44,357 nt of DNA. It comes from an archaeon (GTDB lineage: Archaea; EX4484-52; B79-G9). Shown in pieces: positions 36,391-44,357 of this stretch. The translations under genes were made by a program, and so were the position numbers. The DNA lies in assembly GCA_043813875.1 (NCBI GenBank), contig JBDRKP010000042.1, forward strand, positions 1-44,357. The letters run 5' to 3'. Position 1 is the stretch's first letter; every line of letters starts with the position of its first letter. The notes beneath the pieces were generated by a model. That model worked only from the letters and a program-made list of their open reading frames with translations, was not told where the DNA came from and ran no database searches.

Positions 36391-36927
36391 ATGGCAGAAA
36401 GTAATGAAAAAGTCTATACAATCCCTCTTCGTGACGCATGGAAAGGACCATGCAAGAAAAGGTCTAAGAAATGCATGTTCGTCATAAGAGAGTTTGTCAA
36501 AAGGCACATGAAGACGGATAATGTAAAAATCGGTGTTGAACTCAATCACCAGATATGGGCAAATGGCATCAAAAACCCTCCACGAAAGGTCAAAGTCCAG
36601 GTTGTGCCACATGAAGATGCTGTCTGGGTAGAACTCCAGGGAGTCAAACTCGTGCTTGAAAAGAAGGAAGACAAGGAAAAGAAAAAAGAAGGAAAGAAGG
36701 AAGAAACTGCAGAAGCGGCCGGAAAGGAAGCAAAGACTGAAGAAAAGGGCGCAAAGCCTGCTCTTAAAGAAGCAGAAGCAAAAAAGGACACTGAAGCAAA
36801 ACCTGCAGCAAAAGTGAAGAAAGAAACTAAGCCAACAGATGATGCTAAAAAGGAGAAAAAGCCTCCAGTGACAGAAAAGAAAAAAGATCCTTCAAAAGAG
36901 TTACCTTCAAAGGCAAAGCTGCAATAA
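36391..36927 (+). CDS. rpl31e: 50S ribosomal protein L31e with long Lys/Glu/Ala-rich tail
   Basis: YTIPLR, IREFVKRHMK, LN..IW..GIKNPP.K. Confidence 0.93.
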   Translation: MAESNEKVYTIPLRDAWKGPCKKRSKKCMFVIREFVKRHMKTDNVKIGVELNHQIWANGIKNPPRKVKVQVVPHEDAVWVELQGVKLVLEKKEDKEKKKEGKKEETAEAAGKEAKTEEKGAKPALKEAEAKKDTEAKPAAKVKKETKPTDDAKKEKKPPVTEKKKDPSKELPSKAKLQ

Positions 36928-37020
36928 GTGAAAATCAGACCATACTGGTTGTCTTTCAAGGGCAATCCTATAACCAATTACAGTACAGTCATTGGTTGCT
37001 ATTTTAAGAGGTTATATATA

Positions 37021-37689
37021 ATGACAGTTTCTAAAGCGGATTTCCATGGCGACCCGAATGTAGGACTTTACGGGTTTGTCACGGACAGATATGCTATTGT
37101 TCCCGACAAAAATATAGATGCATCGTGTTTCAAGGTGCCGGTGATTTATTCTACTATAGCCCAGACTGAACTTACAGGGCTTTTTGCGGCAGGCAATTCT
37201 AATGGATTAATAGTCCCGCGAATCATCACAGAGCGCGAAGAAGACAGGATCAGGGCCGCCATAAAAAAGATCAATAAGAGCATAAATTTCCTGAAGCTGG
37301 ATGTCAATGAGACATGTATCGGAAATCTCATCTTATGCAATGATAATGTCGCAATCGTAAGCTCGCTTCTTGAAAACCATGCGGATATGATCAGCAAGTG
37401 CCTGAAGGTTCCTGTGGTCACCGGAAAGATACTTGACCTTGATATCATTGGATCGTTATGCGTCGCTACAAATAAAGGGTTCCTCCTTACAATCAACGGG
37501 ACTGAGGAGGAGTTCGGATTCCTTAAAAAGAACCTGAAGGTAAATGGCGATATCGGGACTGTGAATTTCGGCGGCGCTTTTGTGAAAAGCGGAATCCTTG
37601 CCAATTCGCATGCCGCGCTTCTCGGGAAGTTCACGACGGGCCCTGAAAGCGCAAGAATCGAAGAGGCGCTCGGCTTTATGGAGGAGTGA
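37021..37689 (+). CDS. eif6: Translation initiation factor 6 (aIF6)
   Basis: G.PNVGLY, GNSNG, GN.IL.ND, GTVNFG, ANS, TTGPE..RIEEALG. Confidence 0.95.
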   Translation: MTVSKADFHGDPNVGLYGFVTDRYAIVPDKNIDASCFKVPVIYSTIAQTELTGLFAAGNSNGLIVPRIITEREEDRIRAAIKKINKSINFLKLDVNETCIGNLILCNDNVAIVSSLLENHADMISKCLKVPVVTGKILDLDIIGSLCVATNKGFLLTINGTEEEFGFLKKNLKVNGDIGTVNFGGAFVKSGILANSHAALLGKFTTGPESARIEEALGFMEE

Positions 37690-37691
37690 CT

Positions 37692-38105
37692 ATGGACGAA
37701 AATGTGCAGAGAAAAATGATGGAACTTGAATCATACAAGTCGCAGATGCAGCAGTATCAGCAGCAGAAGTCACAGGTCATGATGAGCGTACAGGAGCTTT
37801 TGAGCGCGAAAGCCACGATCGATAGCATGAAAAATGCAAAGAAAGGGACGGAAATGATAATCCCTATCGGAGGAGGCACATTCATCAAGGGCATCATCGA
37901 GAACCCCAAGGCAGTCATCGCTTCGATCGGCGCGGACATTGCTGTGACAAAGGATCTTCTGAGCGCCATAAAGCATATCGATGAGCAGGTAAAATCTGCA
38001 GAAAAAGGCATCTTAAAGATGGATGACGAGATACATAATATCGAGACAAAGGCGCAGAAGATATACATGGAAATCGAGACTGCTGTCGCCAAAGAAAAGA
38101 ACTGA
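37692..38105 (+). CDS. pfdA: Prefoldin alpha subunit
   Basis: Coiled coils flanking IPIGGGTFI...V...IGA. Confidence 0.92.
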   Translation: MDENVQRKMMELESYKSQMQQYQQQKSQVMMSVQELLSAKATIDSMKNAKKGTEMIIPIGGGTFIKGIIENPKAVIASIGADIAVTKDLLSAIKHIDEQVKSAEKGILKMDDEIHNIETKAQKIYMEIETAVAKEKN

Positions 38106-38145
38106 TTTAAATATTAGTCTTACTTATTCTTATTTAGTGAGCATT

Positions 38146-39348
38146 ATGTTTGGATTATTCAAGAAAAAAATAAAAGAAGCTGTCGACAAATTAGCAGGTA
38201 AGATCAGCGAGGAGACTGAATCTCGCGAATCTCTGGAGGGTGGAAAAGATGTTTCTTTGGAAGAAAAAAAAGAAGAGGAGCCTACCGGTAAGGATACTTT
38301 CGTGGGGGCTGAAGCTCGCAGCGATGAATTATATAACGAAGAAAGTGAAAGAAAAGATTTCAGCGAGCCTAAAAGAGGAGCCGAAAGCAAGCTTAAAGAA
38401 GAGCGTGAAAAGGAAGACTTCACAAAGGCCAAAGAAAGCGGCAAGGCAGAAAAGGAAGTAAAGAAGGAAGGGATATTCTCAAAGATCACAAGCCCTCTCA
38501 CCAAGAAAACGCTGACACTAGAGTTTCTGGATGAGATCTTATGGGATATGGAGATTGTGCTTCTTGAGAATAATGTGGCGGAAGTTGTTGCTGAAAGGAT
38601 CATCAATGATATCAAGCTGAAGCTTGTGAACCTGTCTGTGCGCAAATCCGAGGCAGAACAGATCATCAAGAATACTATGAAAGAGACGATTCTTGAAGTG
38701 CTGGATATAAAGAAAGCAGATATTGACGAGTTGATACGGAGCGCGAAAGGCGATGGGCGGGCGCTGCTGATCATATTTCTTGGTTTCAATGGCAGCGGCA
38801 AGACCACGACCATGGGAAAGATGGGCAGATACCTGATGGATAGAGGCCATTCGTGCGTCTTTGCTGCGGCTGACAGTTTCAGGGCGGCGGCTATTGAACA
38901 GCTTGAGGTGCATGGACAGAATCTCGGTGTCAAGGTCATAAAGCAGAAATACGGGACTGATCCTGCTGCAATCATTTTTGATGCCATGAAGCATGCCAAT
39001 TCCAAGGGGATCAATGTCGTGCTTGCAGATACTGCGGGAAGAGTGCATACTGATAAGAATCTCGTCGAGGAGCTGAAGAAGATTGTCAGGGTGAACAAGC
39101 CGGATCTCAAGTTCCTTGTTATCGAATCGATTGCCGGCAACGATGTTGTTGAGCAGGCAAGGGTGTTTGATGAGGCCGGGATTGACGGTGTGATCCTTAC
39201 GAAGACGGATGTGGATGAGAAGGGCGGGAGCGCGCTTTCGTTGTGCTATACGCTGAAAAAGCCGATCTATTTCATCGGGACTGGGCAGAAGTATACTGAT
39301 TTTTTGGAGTTTGATGCCAAGAAAATGGTGAAGGGCATTTTTGATTGA
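38146..39348 (+). CDS. ftsY: SRP receptor FtsY
   Basis: Acidic N-terminus; GFNGSGKTTT, DSFRAAAIEQL, DTAGR, TKTD..EKGG, GTGQ.Y. Confidence 0.96.
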   Translation: MFGLFKKKIKEAVDKLAGKISEETESRESLEGGKDVSLEEKKEEEPTGKDTFVGAEARSDELYNEESERKDFSEPKRGAESKLKEEREKEDFTKAKESGKAEKEVKKEGIFSKITSPLTKKTLTLEFLDEILWDMEIVLLENNVAEVVAERIINDIKLKLVNLSVRKSEAEQIIKNTMKETILEVLDIKKADIDELIRSAKGDGRALLIIFLGFNGSGKTTTMGKMGRYLMDRGHSCVFAAADSFRAAAIEQLEVHGQNLGVKVIKQKYGTDPAAIIFDAMKHANSKGINVVLADTAGRVHTDKNLVEELKKIVRVNKPDLKFLVIESIAGNDVVEQARVFDEAGIDGVILTKTDVDEKGGSALSLCYTLKKPIYFIGTGQKYTDFLEFDAKKMVKGIFD

Positions 39349-39528
39349 CGCCGTAGTAAAAACATTTCCTGGCAATCAACCCAGGAGAATCAGAGCCATA
39401 AAATACTGCGGGTCCTGTGATACAAAATCGCAGCGCTGAATCCCACCAAACACCTTGATGAGTTTATGAGCTACTTCTTCGTGATAAAAATGGATATGTT
39501 TATAAATATAGACCCTGTTATTGGTTAT

Positions 39529-39918
39529 ATGGATAACTATAATATACCAGAATGCATGAAGGAGAAAAAACAAATTTTTGTCAATATTATTTCTCCGTCA
39601 TATACCGGCCCTGGATTGTATCTTGGACTTGGACCAGAAGGCTATAAAATAGAACATCTTAAACCTCACTTATTAAGGGTTGTGCACTACAGCCAAGGTC
39701 GTAATCAACTCCAAATTGATAATGTTCCACTAGATAATATTAGGGTAATAAGAGGAGAAAGAGAAGGATCCGATGAATGTGAAAATCTTAGCTTAGATTA
39801 TAGTGGTGCTAGGGGTATGAGTTCTGAAATATTAACAAAGGGTTGGGAATATGATTATTATAAAACATTGCTTGATGCATCAATCAGGAAGGAATCTCTG
39901 AGCCCTACGTCCTTTTGA
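39529..39918 (+). CDS. Hypothetical protein (AT-rich ORFan)
   Basis: ORF with TTTATAAATA ~25 nt upstream of ATG 39529; overlaps the mutL stop; no motif recognised. Confidence 0.45.
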   Translation: MDNYNIPECMKEKKQIFVNIISPSYTGPGLYLGLGPEGYKIEHLKPHLLRVVHYSQGRNQLQIDNVPLDNIRVIRGEREGSDECENLSLDYSGARGMSSEILTKGWEYDYYKTLLDASIRKESLSPTSF

Positions 39919-41668
39919 ATCTTTTTTCTATCTCTGAAATAGTCATCTCAATGATTGTGGGCCTGCCGTGCGGGCAGGTGTATGGCGCATCGCATAGTTC
40001 AAGGTCTTTCAACAGGTCAAGCATCTCTTTGTCGGTCATCGGGTCTCCTGCTTTTATTGATGCTTTGCAGGCGATTGTCTTTATCAGGGATTCTTTCAGG
40101 CTGTCTATCGGGCTTGTTCTTGCTGCTTCCATGATGCTGTCGATAACATCAGTGATTTTTGAGTCGTCGTATTGCCTTCCCAGTATCACGGGTATGGATC
40201 TTACGGAGAATGAGTTGTCGGAGTATGGCTCGATGTCGAAGCCGGCGGATTTCAGGATTTTCAGGTGGTCTTTCATGATATGTGCATCTTTTGGGGACAG
40301 GCTGATTATTTTAGGTGTGAGGAGTGACTGGCTATCTTCTTTGCCGTATGGCGATCGCTTTAGTTTCTCGTAGTTTATGCGCTCGGCTGCTGCATGCTGG
40401 TCTATGAGGTGCATGGAATCTTTTGATTCTGCTATGATGTAGGTGCTGCTTACCTGGCCCAGGATTTTTAATTGCGGCAGTTTCCTGAAGCTGAAATCTT
40501 CTTCTTTTGCTTCTTTTATCATCATCTGTCTTGGGGCTGTCCTGTGTGGGAATGATGCGGGGCTTGTGTATATCGGTCTTCTATCTCCTGATGAGGGCTC
40601 TTTGTATTGAATTGGTATTTTTTTCTGGATGGTCTTTTCTATCACTTTTGGTATCAGATGATTCCTGTCGAGGGCTGATTTGACGGCGGTGTATACTGCC
40701 TCGTAGAGTTCGTTCTCTTTTTCTATCCTTATCTCTGTTTTTGCTGGGTGGACGTTGACGTCTATGGTCCTCGGGTCGAGCTCTATCGAGATTATGAATA
40801 ACGGATGGCGGCCTATGGGCAGGAGGGTATGGTATGCGTCGTAGACTGCGCGGGTGATGAGGTTGTTCTTTATGTATCTAAAGTTGACGTAGATGGACTG
40901 GTTCTTCCTGCCGGCTCTTGTGAGCGAGGGTTTTGATGTGTAGCCTGCAATCTTTATCTCTCTTGTTGTGTGCTCTATCTTTAACATGTCCTGCGCTACA
41001 TCTTTTCCGTAGATTGTCGCGATGTTTGCGAGCATGTCGCTGGTTTGGGGTGATGTCAATAATGGCTTCCCGTCGGAGATGAGCCTGAAGTAGATGCCGG
41101 GATATATGAGCGTATAGCTTGTGATTACGTCTATAATGTTCCCGAGTTCAGTTGATGTTGATTTTAGGTATTTCAGCCGTGCCGGTGTGTTGAAGAAGAG
41201 GTCTTTTACGGCTATGACTGTGCCGGGTGGCATGCCGGTGTCTTTTACTGATATCCGGTCTTTTCCTTCCTGGATTATTTCTGTGCCGAGAGGAGATTCT
41301 TTTGTCTTGGTCTTGAGCGTGAATCTTGAGACTGATACGATGCTTGCGAGCGCTTCGCCGCGGAAGCCGAGGGTGTGGATGTCTGAAAGGTCGTTTTCGT
41401 CTCTTATCTTTGATGTCGCGTGGCGCTCTAATGAGAGTTCTGCATCGGCTCTTGTCATGCCGCTGCCGTTATCGGTTATATGGATGAGAAACTTTCCGCC
41501 TTCTTCGACCTCTACTGTGATTTCGGTTGCTCCGGCGTCGATGGAGTTCTCGATTAGTTCCTTTACGACGGATGAGGGGCGCTCGATGACCTCGCCAGCG
41601 GCTATTTTTGAGATGAGGTGGTCGTCGAGGAGGATGATTCTTGAGTCGTTTTTAAAGTTTTGTTCCAT
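39905..41668 (-). CDS. mutL: DNA mismatch repair endonuclease MutL
   Basis: IAAGEVIERP, ENSIDAGA, GFRGEAL, DVNVHP.K, DQHAAAER, ACK, CPHGRP. Confidence 0.97.
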   Translation of the reverse strand: MEQNFKNDSRIILLDDHLISKIAAGEVIERPSSVVKELIENSIDAGATEITVEVEEGGKFLIHITDNGSGMTRADAELSLERHATSKIRDENDLSDIHTLGFRGEALASIVSVSRFTLKTKTKESPLGTEIIQEGKDRISVKDTGMPPGTVIAVKDLFFNTPARLKYLKSTSTELGNIIDVITSYTLIYPGIYFRLISDGKPLLTSPQTSDMLANIATIYGKDVAQDMLKIEHTTREIKIAGYTSKPSLTRAGRKNQSIYVNFRYIKNNLITRAVYDAYHTLLPIGRHPLFIISIELDPRTIDVNVHPAKTEIRIEKENELYEAVYTAVKSALDRNHLIPKVIEKTIQKKIPIQYKEPSSGDRRPIYTSPASFPHRTAPRQMMIKEAKEEDFSFRKLPQLKILGQVSSTYIIAESKDSMHLIDQHAAAERINYEKLKRSPYGKEDSQSLLTPKIISLSPKDAHIMKDHLKILKSAGFDIEPYSDNSFSVRSIPVILGRQYDDSKITDVIDSIMEAARTSPIDSLKESLIKTIACKASIKAGDPMTDKEMLDLLKDLELCDAPYTCPHGRPTIIEMTISEIEKRFKRT

Positions 41669-41717
41669 AATCTATGTTTGCAAGATAATGTTAAATTTGT
41701 TGGGATGTTCTTTAAGT

Positions 41718-44294
41718 TTAAAAAAGAGTTTTCTGGACTTCTTTATTTTTCTCCTGCGCTAACTGAGTTCTTTCTTTGTCATGTTTTTTTGGTTCTTCTT
41801 TTTCTGTTTGTTTATCTTCTTCTTTTATGAGCTTCAACTGGTCTTTGGGATGTATCCTGTATTTGTTGAAGAGGCTTGCGTCCTCTTTTTCGAGACCAAC
41901 CTGTATATTTTTTGCGCGCTCTATCACGGCTTTGGGGAGGCCGCTCAATTCTGCTACCTGGATGCCGTAGCTTTTGTCTGTGCCGCCTTCCACCAGCTTG
42001 CGCAAAAATATTATGGTGTCGCCTTCCTCTTTTGCGGTCATGTGGTAATTCTTCACACCGTGCAGTTCTGTCTCAAGGATGTTGAGCTGGTGGAAGTGGG
42101 TGGCAAAGAGGGTCTTTGCGCGGATTGTCTCGTGGAGGTATTCGGCTGCTGACCAGGCAATGCTTAAGCCGTCGAATGTGGATGTGCCGCGGCCGATCTC
42201 GTCGAGGATGACGAGGCTTTTGTCTGTAGCGTTGTTCAGGATGTTTGCGGTCTCGTTCATCTCTATCATGAATGTGGACTGGCCCATGGTGAGGTCGTCG
42301 TAGGCGCCGATGCGGGTGAAGATGCGGTCGATGATGCTTATTTTTGCGCTTGATGCGGGGACGTATGAGCCTGCCTGGGCAAGGAGGACTATGAGTGCGA
42401 TGCTACGCATGTATGTGCTTTTGCCTGCCATGTTCGGGCCGGTTATTATCATCAGGCGATTGTCTTTGTCGTCGAGGTGGACGTCGTTTGTTATGTAGGA
42501 GCCGGCTATCTTTTCGACGACCGGGTGGCGGGCGTCTTTTATGTCTATTGCGCCGGTGTCTGTTATCTTTGGCCTTATGTAGCTGTTTTCGTGGGCGAGA
42601 TGGGCAAGGGAAGTGTAGACGTCAAGCAATGCCAGGTTTCTTGCAGCCTGCTGGATGTCCATTGTGTGTTTTGATATCTCCTGTATGAGGTTTATGAATA
42701 GATCATATTCCATGGATACTATCTTTTCTTCTGCGCCGAGTATCTCTGACTCCTTTACTTTCAGTTCTTCGGTTATGAAGCGCTCGCCGTTGACTGTTGT
42801 CTGCTTACGGATGTAGGTGTCCGGGACCATCCCGAGGTTTGATCTTGAGATCTCTATGAAGTAGCCGAAGACCTTGTTGAAGCGGACTTTGAGGGATTTT
42901 ATGCCGGTCTTCTGCTTTTCTTCCTGCTCGTATCTTGATACCCATTCTTTCGCGTTGCCTGAGAGATATCTGAGCTCGTCAAGCTCCACATTGAAGCCTG
43001 ATCTTATCATACGTCCTTCCCGTACGCTCAAGGGAGGGTCTTCTGATATGGCCTTATCTATCATGTCGTGTATGTGCTGCATGTCTTTTGTGTCTCTTAT
43101 TTTTTTGAGCTCTTCTGAGGTTGCGTTTTTCAAGTATCTTTTTAACTCTGGGATGAGCGCCAGGGTTCTTTTTAGTCCCAGGAGGTCTCTTGCGTTCGCG
43201 GTGCCGTAGACTATGCGGGAGATGATGCGCTCGATGTCGTAGGTCTCTTTCAGGGTGTCCCGGAGGTTTTCTTTTGTGATATATGCGCTTATGAGTTCTT
43301 CGATGGCGTCGAGGCGGTCGTTGATCTTTTTTTGGTCCATGAGGGGTTTTAGGATGCGGTGGATGAGGAGGCGCGAGCCCATGGGGGTGAGGGTGCGGTC
43401 GACGGTCTCAAAGAGGGTTCCACGGGTTGTGTTTTCGCGGATGTTTCTTATGAGCTCGAGGTTCCTTTGGGTTGTGGGGTCTATTGTCATGAATTCTGTG
43501 TTCCTGTGGAGATGGATGGCGTTTATGTGGGTGAGGGCGGTCATCTGGGTCTCTTTCAGGTAGGACATGAGAGCGCCTGCCGATGAGACGGCTGCGGGGC
43601 AGCCGATGATGCCGAAGCCTTCGAGGGATGCGACCTTGAAATGGGCTTTCAGGGATTCTTCTGCTTTTGACGGGATGAAATTGCGCGACGGATATGATGA
43701 TATTGTTGCCGAGCTGTTTATGTTTTTTAAGGCATTGTAGAAGCGGTTGTCTGTGAAGAGCGTTTCCTCTACTAGTATCTCTTTGGGGCTGAATCTTGTT
43801 ATCTCGTTTATGAAGTCGTCCTGGCTGTCTGACTGTGAGATGAGGAATTCGCCTGTGGATATGTCTGTTATTGCCATGCCTATATGCTTGTCTTTTTTGC
43901 AGACTGAGGCGAGGTAGTTGTTCTCTTTTTCCTCGAGCATGGATGAAGAGAGGACTGTGCCGGGTGTTATCACGCGGATGACGCCGCGCCTGACAAGGCC
44001 TTTCGCGAGCTTCGGGTCCTCTAGCTGCTCTGCGACTGCCACTTTGTAGCCTGCTTTTATGAGCTTTGCGAAGTAGGGCTCGTAGGCGTGGTGGGGAATG
44101 CCGGCAAGGGGAATGGGCTGGCCGTCGTAGTTGGTGCCGCGTTTGGTGAGGGTGATGTTTAGGACTTTTGATGCTATTTTTGCGTCCTCGAAGAACATCT
44201 CGTAGAAGTCGCCCATGCGGAATGCGATTATGCAGTCGGGGTATTTGTCTTTCATCTCGTGGTACTGGGCGAGCATCGGGGTGGGTTTTGACAT
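41718..44294 (-). CDS. mutS: DNA mismatch repair protein MutS (MutS1)
   Basis: TPM..QY, FRMGDFYEMF, TGPNMAGKST, STFM.EM, DEIGRGTST, FATH, SYGIQVA. Confidence 0.97.
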   Translation of the reverse strand: MSKPTPMLAQYHEMKDKYPDCIIAFRMGDFYEMFFEDAKIASKVLNITLTKRGTNYDGQPIPLAGIPHHAYEPYFAKLIKAGYKVAVAEQLEDPKLAKGLVRRGVIRVITPGTVLSSSMLEEKENNYLASVCKKDKHIGMAITDISTGEFLISQSDSQDDFINEITRFSPKEILVEETLFTDNRFYNALKNINSSATISSYPSRNFIPSKAEESLKAHFKVASLEGFGIIGCPAAVSSAGALMSYLKETQMTALTHINAIHLHRNTEFMTIDPTTQRNLELIRNIRENTTRGTLFETVDRTLTPMGSRLLIHRILKPLMDQKKINDRLDAIEELISAYITKENLRDTLKETYDIERIISRIVYGTANARDLLGLKRTLALIPELKRYLKNATSEELKKIRDTKDMQHIHDMIDKAISEDPPLSVREGRMIRSGFNVELDELRYLSGNAKEWVSRYEQEEKQKTGIKSLKVRFNKVFGYFIEISRSNLGMVPDTYIRKQTTVNGERFITEELKVKESEILGAEEKIVSMEYDLFINLIQEISKHTMDIQQAARNLALLDVYTSLAHLAHENSYIRPKITDTGAIDIKDARHPVVEKIAGSYITNDVHLDDKDNRLMIITGPNMAGKSTYMRSIALIVLLAQAGSYVPASSAKISIIDRIFTRIGAYDDLTMGQSTFMIEMNETANILNNATDKSLVILDEIGRGTSTFDGLSIAWSAAEYLHETIRAKTLFATHFHQLNILETELHGVKNYHMTAKEEGDTIIFLRKLVEGGTDKSYGIQVAELSGLPKAVIERAKNIQVGLEKEDASLFNKYRIHPKDQLKLIKEEDKQTEKEEPKKHDKERTQLAQEKNKEVQKTLF

Positions 44295-44357
44295 AGTTGT
44301 ATGTTTCATTCGAAGAAATAAAAAATGTTCGGATTGTATTTGGGATTTTCTTGTGAA

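Noticed and set aside
38130..39375. 336-aa and 278-aa minus-strand ORFs
   Set aside because: Antisense shadows of ftsY

Overview
Archaeal chromosomal segment, probably from a small-genome DPANN-like lineage. That placement is an inference from the archaeal-type ValRS, RpoE'/Spt4, eukaryote-like r-proteins, eIF6, prefoldin, BHB-intron tRNAs and a tRNA-Ile(UAU). Most of the window is housekeeping: valS; kae1-rps27ae-rps24e-spt4-rpoE1-ppa-like; lemA-htpX; gpmI; adk/cmk; recJ-like/herA; an ADP-dependent sugar kinase; minD; rnp4-rps19e-PDCD5-rpl39e-rpl31e-eif6-pfdA-ftsY; mutL-mutS. Interleaved are AT-rich lone ORFs and two toxin-antitoxin clusters at tRNA 3' ends. The RelE cluster after tRNA-Ile is bounded by a 12-bp att-like repeat, and the MNT-HEPN/Fic cluster follows tRNA-Trp. 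Most notable: (i) a 2.7-copy 88-bp non-coding tandem repeat with 11-bp inverted arms; (ii) two densely structured intergenic regions (3635-4010 and 36012-36157); (iii) a pyrophosphatase homologue that has lost most catalytic residues; (iv) a divergent carbamoyltransferase; (v) an intron-containing tRNA-Ile(UAU); (vi) a 182-nt tRNA-Trp intron carrying a C/D guide for its own C34; (vii) a methionine synthase split by a 1-nt frameshift. No CRISPR array, integrase or transposase was seen. All calls come from motif recognition by eye; no database searches were run.
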